Below, piece after piece: positions 26,838-39,400 of a DNA stretch of 64,000 nt. The stretch comes from Mytilus californianus (lineage: Eukaryota): the NCBI RefSeq assembly GCF_021869535.1, contig NW_026262734.1, positions 16,182,001-16,246,000 of the forward strand. The letters are read 5' to 3'. How positions within the stretch are numbered: position 1 is the first letter of the stretch; every line of letters starts with the position of its first letter. The notes under the pieces were generated by a model that was not told the DNA's origin, ran no database searches, and was given only the letters and a program-made list of their open reading frames with translations. The translations under genes were made by a program, and so were the position numbers.

Positions 26838-29800
26838 CTACAAAATAAAATATAAATTATGATACAGGTTTTATTCAGAGGTTAAATTGGTCTGTAAGAA
26901 TGGTTAATCCTGACTTTACATTAAATCAAAGCATCGTTGATGTTGTGATCCAGCCATATTCATAGCTAGTCTTATATTCTTTCTGACCATACTTTTTTCT
27001 AAATTTTTTTCTCTTTTCATTTCCAATATTACTGTAAAATTTCTATGTTATTGTCCAAAGGTAGGGAATTTCGCAATATTGATGCAAATATAGATATATA
27101 TACTGATCTTTCAATTTTAGACTCTGTCAGATTCTATTTTTGACAAGAATGGAAAGGAAAATCGTCAAAAAAAGTAATATATTTTTTATATGCCATTAAT
27201 AATGACAGGTTTAATCATTTCCAGAAAGAGGCCTTATAAATGCACTTTCTCAACAACATAAATTAAAAAAAATAATAACTATGTTTTATCTAAATTGGTG
27301 TTCATTCTTCATTAAGAATAAATACATTTCCTGTATTCAAATCTGAATGTACAAATACCTAATGCTGAGATATTTCCAATTACTCTTAAATAGCAATATA
27401 ATGGGATATAAATGTAAAACAAACAAATAAATTTTATTGCAGAAAATGCTCAGGTAAGAGTTATGCAATTTTGTTCAATATTTCAACCAAATTTCTGATA
27501 ATTGTAACTAATTAATTAGAACTTGATTATTGACTTATGTCAGATGATCAGGGCACAAGTAAAGTAAAATTTGATTGCATTTTTATACATATTTTTTTCA
27601 TTTTAAGTATTTTCTTTGAAAAAATAATTAACAGAATATTTAAATGTAGTGTAGATCAAAATAAATAATACATTTGTAGGTTTACTATTGAGGTATTCAG
27701 TTAGGTGTGTAATAAATTGTGTCTATTAAATTATGTAACTGGTCATGAGATATTAACTGTTTTGAATTAAGCCTGGGTTTTTTTCTTATTAATATATACA
27801 CCTTTGAGTGTAATTATTTGAAAATCATGACAGTTAATAATCATTCTGACTCTTACTTGCCTATGGAAAGAATTGGAGTAATACAATTTCAAAAAAGTGT
27901 GGGAATCAACTTAGATATATTAATACACATGTTGACCTACATTTCATTGAACAATAATTTACACAAGCACAAGATACTAATATAATACTTTCAAAATTCT
28001 TATCAACTGATTAAATTGATGTACAAATACTTTTTCAAATTAATTCATAAATAGTAAATCATCATGAATTTTGATTTAGAAAGGAACTATATGCAAGTGT
28101 ATATATATCTAAAATAAAGTCACTATTTGACCAATCTTTTCATAATTTAAGGGCAAATAACGTGTCAAAAGTTTGCAGTTGATGATTAAAATGGTGTAGA
28201 AAGTTTCTGCAAGTCATAAAAACACATAATTAGTTTCATGATATGTCTTCAACTTAGTACTCTGCACCATCTCCAAAACCAGAGTGATCGCATAGATCCA
28301 ACATGGCTGAATCAAAAAAATTAGCCATATAAAAGTAGAGATTTTATATGGTTGTGTAATTCATTTGTCTGTCTAAACTTACCCGTGTTTGGAATTCAAA
28401 TATTTCTGACTTGTAAGATATTTTGCCAGTGTTTGTAATTTAAATAATTTTTAATTGTAAGATTGTTTTGCTGGTCTAAACTTACCTGTGTTTGTAATTC
28501 AAATATTTTGGACGTGTAAGATTCTTTTGCCCATCTAAACTTACCCATGTTTGTAATTGAAATATTTCTGACTTGTAAGATTGATTTGCCCATCTAAACT
28601 TACCCGTGTTTGTGATTGAAATATTTCTGACGTGTAAGATTCTTTTGCCTGTCTAAACTTACCCGTGTTTGTAATTCAAATATTTTTTATTTGTTATGTC
28701 TCAACCTACCTGAGTTTGTAATTCTGATATATCTGTTTTGTACGATTGTTCCACTAAGATTTTCTCCACCTCTAGTTTTTTATATTTCTGTTTTAGATCT
28801 TCAAATTGATTATCTGTATTCTGATCCTCAGCAATCTCTTTTTCTTCCTCTATATTCACTTCTATATTCACCTCCTTAAAAGATAGAAAGATCATTCTTT
28901 TACTTGTAAATAAAAAAAGAATGCTATTATAAAAGCATTCCCCTACTAATAATTGAAGTATTGGAAAACAGGCAGTGAGTGTATGACATATCCTAAAAGC
29001 TACCACAAACACTACAACTCAGCAGTGTTGAACTGCTGACCAATTATGAAGTCATTCTGTACATTTGATTTGAAAAAAGTGTGGCAAAATTTCTTAAGTT
29101 CTTTTTGCACATTGAAAATTCAAATTATTGGCAAACATTCAGTAGGTATCTGACAGATCTGAAAAGTTCTCATGTCTTACAACTCTTGATTGTCAAGTTG
29201 ATGACTCAATATAAATTCATTCTGTATGGTAGTTTCAGAGAGAAATATGATGAAAAAATTAGTTGGGCACAATGAAAGACAGATAATGTGATTACAACAT
29301 AGCCCCCCTTCCCCATCCTTGAATGAGGTATAATTTATCCCATTTAGCAAACTATTAATCATGCCATTAGTTTTCTCGTTTGAATTGTTTTACATTTGTC
29401 ATTTTGGGGCTTATATAGCTTGCTATGCAGTATGTGTTTCGCTCATTGTTGTAGGATGTACGGTGACCTATAGCTTATAACTTCTAAGTGATTTGGTCTC
29501 TCGTGGAGAGTTGTCTCATTGGCAATCATACCACATCTTTTTATTTTTATATATGCAAGTACTAAAGGATCCTCAGATCTGCATTTTATCTTTATTGGAC
29601 AAGCATTTTTGTTTTATGTAGATCAAACATAACAGGGCAGTTTCCCAACACGCTGAGTCTAATTTTTAGTTCACAAGGTAATAGTCCACAGATAGACATG
29701 TCACCCTACCTGGACACATTATTCTGACTCTGAGCTGACCATTCTTTACTCTTACTCCTTAATGCTGTGTGAGAAGCAGCAAATACCAATTCTAAGCCTA

Positions 29801-32800
29801 AGGTCCTTGGTTTGACTAGAACGGGGTTCGAACTCACAACCTCTTGCACTCAGGCGAAACATGATACCACAGACAACCAAGGCAGTTCATTGGATACAAG
29901 ATACTTACATCATTAGATATAACTTGTGATGGAGGTTCCTCCTGTATTATCATTATATGGTGTGTCTGACCATTAGAACTATCTACAGTTTCTTCAGCAG
30001 CAACAGATGTGTGGATTTCACCAGACTTTACATTAGTTAAACTCACTTGGGTGGGATGACTTATTGCAGCTAGAAAGTAAAAATAAATAATCAAAGCATT
30101 GTCAGTGCTATAATCCAGCCAATCTGACTTGAACATCCTTTATGTTAACTAGATATAAAACTACCTATATGAGTTATGTTGAAAATGAGGCTTTTTTTAA
30201 ATATTACTTATATAAGTTACTTAAATTTGAAAATTCTATTTACAGAGGCATCCATTCATACAGTTTAAACTAGCATAAAGATTTTTTCTCAGACATCTAG
30301 TAATGTTTCTAATGAAGCAGAGTAACTTTTTTTAATATTTTCTTATAAATGACCTATATAGATAATTAAAAAAATAACTTGTTTAAGTAAAGCCCTGACT
30401 GTTAGAAACCTTGCATTTGATAAATCCTTTCAAATGAATATATTGCATTTCCTTCCAGAGATTATAAAATAACAGGTTAGATAGATATATCATTTCAAAT
30501 GAATATACTGCATTCCCTTCCAGAGATTATAAAATAACAGGTTAGATAGATATATCTTTTCAAATGAATATACTGCAATTCCTTCCAGAGATTTTAAAAT
30601 AACAGGTTAGATAGATATATCATTCCGTTCAACAGTTACAATGTATTACTGACCTAATTCATGGCCAACAGATGTAGACATGACAGCTTCTGTAAGAGCT
30701 GGGTGGATAGAAAGACCTGTGCTATCAACAGCTGATGATGTCATCTCATCTTCATATTTAGGAGGGTAAACTTCCTGAAAATATTTTAAAGTCAAACAAT
30801 AGAATTTTTTTTAACTATCTTTTTGTAATCTGTCACTAGACACTGCTTCACAATATTCAACATTACTCCAAAATGTAAGCAAATTTATTATTTAAAAAAG
30901 ATGTTCGTGTACTTTAGTTTTGCAAGTTATATCTGTTTTGGGATTTCTTCTATATAGAAGTATCTTTCTTTAAAAAACTAACTTAGGGTGTCACATGTAG
31001 AGTAGGATCTGCTAACCTATGTGAAGCACCTGAGATCACCCCTGGTTTTTGGCGGGGTTCATGTTGCTCAGTCTTTAGTTTTCTAGTAGTGTTTTGTGGA
31101 CTTTTGTTTTTTCATGGTTTTATATTGTTTTGCCATGGCTTGGTCAGTTTCGTTTTATGAGTTTTGAATGTCCCCTTTGTCTCTTTTGCATCTTTTCAGT
31201 AACTAACGTGATCAACATAAATACATAAAACATAAAAGATTGGCTAGATATTATGATAATAAATGTCCGGTAATCTTCTTTAGACCGTATTCTACATTTG
31301 TTTCCTTCTGTATTATTTTTAGCAGAATATATATATATGTGCACTGTATCATTTCAATATTTTTAAATTATGTTTTTACAGACAAATTTCCCTTTCATAT
31401 TTTGATAAATCTCATTCATGAATTTGAAAATAATGCTTTTTTTTTCTTAAAAATATTTTTCAATAAAATTCTTCATTATTTTCAAGTTATATTTTTCAAT
31501 GCCATCTGAACAACTTTGATTTTAAGAAGTTATACTTCAAATCTTTACCTGAGCAATTTGAATCTGAAAAGTGGTTTGTGGATTTCTGAAGTGGGTTTTG
31601 TAATGTTTAATTGCTTCATCTCTCCTGTTAAAACCATTACGACATTTATAACAATGCCAATGTGCTCCTTTAAACTTTTTCTCTCCTTTAATTATACCAA
31701 CAATGTCACAATGATCACAACATCGTAAAATTTTCAAACCTGGAATTATAAAATATGACTTGTAAAATCAGCTAGAGCACATATTTGGTGTTTAAAGTTT
31801 GTCTGATATTAAACAAATATATTGTAGTTCCTGTTACTCTAGGAGTCAGTACTCTTAATTTTTCTTTCTCTCCGACTCATCTAGCTCCATATTGTCTGAC
31901 AGTTTTTTTATTACAACTTATACTCTTGAGTTAAAGATCAGAGTAATATTTATTTACATGTTAAGTGTTCGTAAATTTCAAAGTTCAGTCCTGCAAATAT
32001 TTTATTTACATAAATTAATATTGCACAAACAGTTTATCTATTATCTGTCAAGGTATGTGAAATTCAGGAAAAATGTATTAAAAAAACCCCAAGAAATCTA
32101 TGACGAAAACTAACCCAATTTAGGAGGGTTAGCCATCCATGCATGGCTAAGGGGGGTTAGTTAGTTCATATTGAAATATCAGTGAAAGTAAAATTAACTT
32201 TAGCGGCATAGCCATGCACTCATGGCTAACCCTCTTTAGTTTGGTAAGTTTTTCATCATACATTTCTTATCAAATTTTCCAGAATTCAAAATTATTCCCG
32301 ATTCAAATAACTCCTTGTTTTAAGGTGATTTTATTGTGATTTTTTTATAATATAATTACCAGCAAAATCTATTCCCTTATCTACATGTTTAACTCTATAA
32401 TGAGCCTTCAGTATGACTGGGTCATGATACAGTTCAGTCTTCACACAGAATGGGCAATGCATGTGTAATGTACCATCACCACACCTCTGATCCACACATC
32501 TCATTGGAGTCAAATTATTTTCTGTACCTTTAATCCGAACACTTGGATGAGTCTGAAATATCAAACAAATCATATTTCAATATATAGATATCTACAGCTT
32601 AATTGGTATCACAGTTCCTAAAAACTCTGTGGAAACTTTCAACCAATCAAGAAATAGGAAATGTCACATAGGAGTTGCATTCGGCTTTGCCATTTTTGTT
32701 GTCAAATTTGTAATTTAATATTTCTGATGTTCTGGTTTTCCAAACAATATTCATGATATTCCAGAGTTATGCTATTTAATTTGCAAAGACAGACTACACA

Positions 32801-34032
32801 GGGCTTGAACTGATTTTTCTTTCAATTTTCAATAAATTTGGGGGCCCACTATAAATCTTAGTAGCCCACAAAATTTTATGGCAAAACAATTCTCAATAAA
32901 TATTTTTGGAAACCTGAGAAAAATTAAATAAAGATCAATAAAGAGCTGTGACCCACAACAGTATTGAATCATAATGAAATTTAAATGTCTGGTGTTATAT
33001 ATATATTACATGCATTGACATGTATTATTGTGTTTTAATTCTTTCAATGAAGATTATAAACAAATTTTGTTCTCTCTGTTGTGTAACATTTCCTTTTACC
33101 TTAGATTAAACTTCAGGTAATGACTAATGTCAGTTACACCAGATATTTTCATGAAATATTTCATACAAAGGATTTTTTTCTCTTCAACAGGAGGTCGGGA
33201 GGAGACCCCTGAAAACGGGATTATTGTACTCCCGCCGGGAGGTTCACATGTATGTTTAATATTTCAGGATATTATTTTCAAATTATAATCTGTGAAATTA
33301 TTTCCCATTATAATACATTTATTTGGTTTTTTATTTTCTAATTTAGCTTATAATAGTTTTAACTTATATTCAAATACACTTTTATAAGTCAATAGTATTT
33401 GCAAAGATTAAGTTTTTTTTTTATTAACTATTCAATATTTTTACTTCCCAGATTGAATTTCACGGCAATGGATAATATATCACAGTGAAATATTTTCCTC
33501 CAGATAAAAAAATAACAACTCCTGTAACATTTTTTCAACGGATATTTCATCTGGATAGAATTTTACTTTACATAATAACATTGTAGGAAGGTGTCACAGA
33601 AAAAAGTTTGAAATAAAAAAAATTAAAATAGCCTTTCAAGAAGTCATAATTATTTTAATTGGGTGAATGTTTATTTCTGACTACAAAATGTCATACCAAG
33701 GAGTTGTTTCCCTTTTCCAAAAAAAAAAAAAAAAATAGTAAAATTGAAACAAAAATGAATGCATTCAATTGAAGTAATTATCCATGTTTTTTTTGGTAAT
33801 TTGTGGTCAAGTTCACCATGAAGCTACTTTCTATGAATTGCATGAAAGTACATTCCACAAAGAAAGACAAGACAAGAAAGTGATTCTCACAAAAATAAGA
33901 TCATGGAAAATGCATGGCTTGTGATTTCTGAATAAAATCATAAATTGTTGGCAAAAATCATTATCAATTTTCAATTTTGCACGAACTTTGAAGGACTTAA
34001 ACAAGTTACTCGCTTACAACATATGTATTCAT
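26259..34032 (-). CDS. Uncharacterised zinc-finger (two HxHC-C2H2 fingers) and coiled-coil protein, about 474 aa, 7 coding exons
   Basis: Exons 34032-34018 (tentative, MNTYV), 32552-32360, 31739-31549, 30774-30654, 30069-29909, 28874-28710 and 26837-26259. GT-AG introns with consistent phases 0,1,0,1,0,0. Confidence 0.8.
28365..28700 (-). repeat. Degenerate 59-bp tandem repeat derived from exon end plus splice donor
   Basis: TCTAAACTTACC units at 28371, 28474, 28533, 28592 and 28651. The reverse complement encodes ESYTSKIFELQTQ|GTAAGT versus exon QSYKTDISELQTQ|GTAGGT. Confidence 0.8.
28710..28874 (-). CDS. Zinc-finger gene exon (coiled coil)
   Basis: 165 nt, phase 0-0, EVNIE...ELQTQ. Confidence 0.8.
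29640..29880 (-). mobile_element. tRNA-derived SINE, degenerate, intronic
   Basis: The minus strand reads GTGGTATCATG (A-box-like) ... GAGTTCGAACCCC (B-box), followed by a non-tRNA body. Confidence 0.6.
29909..30069 (-). CDS. Zinc-finger gene exon
   Basis: 161 nt, phase 1-0, AISHPTQV...VISND|GTAAGT. Confidence 0.75.
30425..30622. repeat. 65-bp intronic tandem repeat, 3 copies
   Basis: CAAATGAATA at 30431, 30496 and 30561. Confidence 0.9.
30654..30774 (-). CDS. Zinc-finger gene exon (missed by the ORF track)
   Basis: 121 nt, EVYPPKYEDEM...GHEL; acceptor TTTCAG, donor G|GTCAGT. Confidence 0.75.
31549..31739 (-). CDS. Zinc finger 2 exon
   Basis: CCDHC...HWHCYKCRNGFNRRDEAIKHYKTH. Confidence 0.85.
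32095..32322. mobile_element. Partial copy of the foldback MITE at 43716-44003
   Basis: Shares GAAAACTAACCCAA..GGGTTAGCCAT and the right arm TTCCAGAATTCAAAATTATT...CCTTGTT. Confidence 0.7.
32360..32552 (-). CDS. Zinc finger 1 exon
   Basis: CVDQRC...HMHCPFC...ILKAHYRVKH. Confidence 0.85.
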
Positions 34033-34099
34033 TGTCAAAGACAATGCTTCTGTCAGCTAGAAGCAAATTCAGTTCGAACAACGATGAAATTAGTGTCTC

Positions 34100-34260
34100 C
34101 CTCTTTCTTTCCTTGTGTTCACGTCACCAAAATATGTCGACAAGCGCAGAAGGATATGAACGTCACTTCCTGAATTTTCAAAGTCAAAATCCAGGACGTT
34201 ATATTCCTTTGCCGGGAATTTATTTACGCTGACGTCTTCTATCGGATTTTGGACACAGTT
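34100..34260 (-). promoter_or_regulatory. Putative promoter of the zinc-finger gene
   Basis: CpG-enriched patch with ETS-like CACTTCCTG (34164) and CRE-like TGACGTC (34230) just upstream of the tentative first exon. Confidence 0.4.
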
Positions 34261-34517
34261 ACAAAATCGTTTAATAGAGTAAAACATAACTTATAAGAAA
34301 CACGCTTATTCCAGGTATTTATAATTTTAGTCATACTTTGACAATGAACAAAGTTATCTGACGCAAGGCTCCTTCAAATTTCCACTGACATGCTGACAAA
34401 TGTAAATCTTGGAATCCTCTTATGTACCTGCAAAGAGGACTAACCAAATATCTTCACGCAGGTATAGTTATCGATGAAATGAACATGTAATTTGGTTTTA
34501 CATCTTGAATATTTAAT

Positions 34518-34900
34518 TGTCCCCTGTGCGACAAGTTGCAGGGGACATAGAAATACCACCATTACGGCATTAGTAGTGGCATTACTGGGTGTCTGTCTGT
34601 CCGTCCTGTCTTGTTAGCGCTTTCACATGTACAATTCTTATCAGATTTTTATAAAACTTATATTATAGGTTTATATCACCAATGTCTCGGACAAGTTCGA
34701 AAATTCAACAGAGTTATGCCCTTTGGAAATATTTTTACATGTAAAAATTGCTTTGTTAGCGCTCTTATGTGTACAATTCATGCAAGATTTTTTTGGAACT
34801 TGTATCATAGGTTTATATAAGCAATGTCTCAGAAGAGTTGGAAACTCAGTGTGGATCATTATTTTTAAAAGTACTCTGCCCCTTGTGATAGATCCGTGTA
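34518..34900 (+). mobile_element. HINE-like element, degenerate
   Basis: Hairpin TGTCCCCTG-n12-CAGGGGACA, GTCT/GTCC microsatellite and subrepeats; related sequence resumes at about 35965-36180. Confidence 0.55.
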
Positions 34901-35429
34901 TTACTCGCTCGGATTATTAAAATTAAAAACTATATCTTTGTAATTATTTTGTATTCTCAAAACTACATATATACAGTTATGCTACCAATGTACAACTCAA
35001 CTCCCAGTTTTTTGGCTACACATGCTGTTCTTATCTACATGTATCAAATCATGAATATTCATTAGCTATGTAGGCGTGTCAAAATCATATTATACGTGAT
35101 AATTACCAGCCAGTACACACTGTATTATATTTTCATTAACCAGTATTAAAAAGATAAATATAACATCACCGCCCACAAATTAGAAATTTCTAAAAATTTC
35201 TTACTGGTAAATGAAATCTGTATATATAAAAATTATGAATATTAACAAAAAAACTGAAACCAATCAATAAGCAAATAAATTGTACTTATACACACATCAA
35301 AAGTTCTCATTAAGATACTGTGTTTTAAATTGAATAACTGCGAAATTTGGTGACCAAAAATAAAAACAAAAAATATAAAAAATTTAGATGAAAAGGTTTC
35401 TTTTTCTTCGCTAAAATATGCAGTTTAAA

Positions 35430-35960
35430 GAGTTTTATGTACAACATAAAATAAATCTTAAAGCTGATGTTAAACCAAAACACCAACAACCTTATCGACT
35501 CCCGCCACATAAAAGGGAAGTATTGCGGCACCATTTAGATGAACTCCTTAAACAAGGAATCATAGCACTGATTAGCAAGGAAGAAAATGTGCCTATCACA
35601 AGTCCAATAGTCTTGGTAACTAAACGAAAAAGACAAAATGATACTTTTCAAAACGAAAAGGATGCAGCCTTATCACAATATAGATTTTGTTGCGATTTTA
35701 GATATTTAAATTCTTGAACCGAACAGTTTAAATATTTTATTCCCAATCTACAAGAACTTACACAGACTCATTTTCACAATTTTTTTCCAAATTATATATC
35801 GTCAATTGATTTGTCCTCTGGATTTTTCCAGTTAGGTATTGACCCCAATTCTACATGCTACACAGTATTTAATACATGCTTTGGTAAATATAAATTTTTG
35901 CGTTTACCAATGGGACTTTCGTCATCCCCGGCATCTTTCCAATTACTCATGGACAAAGAT
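35430..35960 (+). mobile_element. Ty3/Gypsy reverse-transcriptase fragment (pseudogenised)
   Basis: PYRLPP, SPIVLV.K, RFCCDFRYLN, IDLSSGFFQL and LRLPMGLSSSPASFQ in one frame with one TGA at 35715; truncated before YxDD. Confidence 0.9.
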
Positions 35961-36499
35961 TAATTTTATGGAAAATTGCATTGAAAGCACTCTCATGTAC
36001 CATTTTTGCCAGATTTTTATCAAATTTATATCAAAGGTTTATATCAACAACTTTGAAAATTAGTGCCATTCAAATAACTTTAAAAGAGTTATGCCCTTTG
36101 GAAATATTAATTATATTGGAAATTGAACTGCATTTGCTCTATAGCCTTTATTTCTCTAAGATATTTATAAAATGTTTAGAACCAAAAAAAACCCCAAGTA
36201 TTTGCCCTTGGACAGGTAAAATATGTGCAACGCAGGGAACATTGGAACACTGTTCTTTTATTCCTATTGGGTGAATGTGCGGACCAATTTTCTCATCCTG
36301 GGCGGTCATATCCGAAAATTGCTCTAGACTCAGAATTCAAAAAGCACTGTGCTTAAACGGCTGTGGTTTAAGTTAAGTTTGAGCTTCGTTATTATATAAT
36401 TGATACAAAACCTACTTTGTGCAATGTTTTTCTTGCACTACACGTATGTACATTCAATAGATATAAGAAGATGTGGTATGAGTGCCAATGAGACAACTC

Positions 36500-39400
36500 T
36501 CCAAACCTGTATTAAGCAGTCACTCTTGGTAAGTATCAAAAGTGACCGCTCAAGAGAGGTGACCTGTAAATGAGGTTCTTAAAAAGTCCAATTCCAACAT
36601 CGCCCGTGCCTGGGATCAGGGCAAATTGTTTTAGTGTTTCTAATTGGTAGAGTTATCGTTCTTGTGAGCAGTAATATAAGAAATGGCGGATTCTGGCTCT
36701 GTAAACATGAAGACAAATTCGAAATATGTTAATATTCTTTGAGAAATAAGTAGACGATACGGTTTTCAATGGAAACTGAAAGGTTGAAACATGGAGTTGA
36801 CGAATTCATCTTGTATTACGCGAGCTAGGTTGCAAACGGATTTCAATTCAATTTTTACTTCGATATTTACAACATATATTTTTCTGTATGAAGATTTTTG
36901 GTAGTTTAAAATCTTAAAATGACCATTGTTAAAAGTTGAAATTACGATTTTGTTAAAAAATAAGGTGACCGCTGACCGCGTTAAAGACAGGTGACCGCTG
37001 AAACAAGTTAAATTATATGGAAAAAAAGTTTGGGAGGGTTTGAAAGTGACTGTTATAGGTCCAAGGACACAGTTATCGTCCTTTGGTTTTCGTTGTCTAC
37101 GAATATAGTCCCTAGTGTAAACAGTGTATAACTTGCAATTTTTTTTCATATACTTTCCCAATTTATTTCTTGATATTTGATGCATGAAATATTAAGTAAG
37201 GGGATGAAATTACATGTTAAAAAAATTTGGGTGCTGAATCTTTATGTTAAGTAGTGATTAGGTCTAGGTAAAAAAGGTCAAAAATTAGTATGTCTGAAAC
37301 TGTCAAACTGAATTTTAGACCCCCTTAACATAGAATTGTCAATATTTTGAGTTAGAGCTGGTAGACTTTTCTATAATTTTGATATTATTTGTCCCAATAG
37401 TAGTACACTACACTGTAAAAATCTTTTTGAGATAGAGCAGGTGCGATTTTTTTAATTTGAATTTATTGTCTAAAAGAAATGAACTACGAAATAACTGTGT
37501 TCTCGGGCCTTAAGAGATGAATTCAGTAAATGTAGATTCTGTACTTTGGCAACTTCCCTGAATGGTTTGCTGGTTTAAATTTGTCAAACTCAATAAAAGT
37601 AAAGGTATTACATCTTTATTTGATAGAAATTCTGTTAAAATGTCACATTTTGGCGTTATATGGCTAAAATAAGAATTTTAAAGTAATTTCCATTTGTATG
37701 CCTAAGAGGCAAGCTGACCTTCTCCCTGACAGGTTTTTATGTTTTTATATTTGTGTTTTTATGCTTAATTCAAATTTAATTAACCATTTGTGAACTCTGA
37801 ATCTAGAGAAAAGTAGATTATCACAGAAAAATTGTGCAAAATGTGTTGTATTTATGGCCCTGGTCAAACGGCCTGTTTGATGCGTGTGAAATGTGAAGAG
37901 CTTTGTACATAAAATTTGAAGTCCATCATAAATATTTCACTAATTCTATAAAAAAGCACTTTACAATGATCAGTGTACCTTATTCATTTCATATACAACC
38001 TTCAGTTTCTTCTGTAGGATAGTAAGTGGTCCAAATATATGCCATTTGAGACTAAAATTACATGAAACTTTTCCATTGAAAAGTTAAAAAACTGTGCATC
38101 AGACCATACTGTCTGCATAAAAGTTTAAATTCAAGAGTCCTTTTGCATTCAAACTTCTAGTATTATGTCATAATAGCATAGAAAAGAGCAAAAAGTTACA
38201 AATTTCCATTTCTTATAGCTTCTGTATGCATTTTTATATGTGAATATGTGCTACGGCCTAAATGACTCTAAATAATTATAAGTCTTACATGGCCAAAGAC
38301 CATTTTATACTCATGTGGTATGCTATTGTAACTTTTCTTTCCATTTAAAGTTCATTAGATATATATGGAAGAATAATTTAAGGTTAAAAAACTTTAAAAA
38401 ATTCAAATTGGTTGAAAAAAATTAATCTTTATATAAGGCCCCCCTTAATTCGAAAATCTCTATTTTCAGGCACAGGCTCATATAAATTTGACTTTTGAAT
38501 AATTGTTATAAATCTGATAAACCAAATGAGTGTTCAGTTGATTTTAATACATAATATATTATATTTAAGGGCCTTTAAAAAGCAAATGTTTGCAATATTT
38601 AAATTTTTTAGGCCCAAATCTTGATAGTTGAAATCATTTGATTTAAATGTCAAAATTAAACATCCAACTTTCAATATTAAAATGGCTCTAGTTTCTATAA
38701 TATAATTCCTATGGCCATGAAACTTGGCCAACTATCTTATAATTGTCTAAGCTTTGTCCATGCAAAGTTTCATAAGATTTGGTCAAGTCTTTATGTCCTA
38801 TAAGAGATGAATTCAGTAAATGTAGATTCTGTACTTTGGCAACTTCCCTGAATGGTTTGCTGGTTTAAATTTGTCAAACTCAATAAAAGTAAAGGTATTA
38901 CATCTTTATTTGATAGAAATTCTGTTAAAATGTCACATTTTGGCGTTATATGGCTAAAATAAGAATTTTAAAGTAATTTCCATTTGTATGCCTAAGAGGC
39001 AAGCTGACCTTCTCCCTGACAGGTTTTTATGTTTTTATATTTGTGTTTTTATGCTTGATTCAAATTTAATTAACCATTTGTGAACTCTGAATCTAGAGAA
39101 AAGTAGATTATCACAGAAAAATTGTGCAAAATGTGTTGTATTTATGGCCCTGGTCAAACGGCCTGTTTGATGCGTGTGAAATGTGAAGAGCTTTGTACAT
39201 AAAATTTGAAGTCCATCATAAATATTTCACTAATTCTATAAAAAAGCACTTTACAATGATCAGTGTACCTTATTCATTTCATATACAACCTTCAGTTTCT
39301 TCTGTAGGATAGAAAGTGGTCCAAATATATGCCATTTGAGACTAAAATTACATGAAACTTTTCCATTGAAAAGTTAAAAAACTGTGCATCAGACCATACT

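Noticed and set aside
29820-29880. Functional tRNA gene
   Set aside because: Only A/B-box remnants are present, without a full cloverleaf, and they are followed by a SINE body.
30425-30622. Another exon-derived junction repeat
   Set aside because: The unit shows no similarity to the adjacent exon or donor; the same holds for the 47-, 28- and 37-bp arrays.
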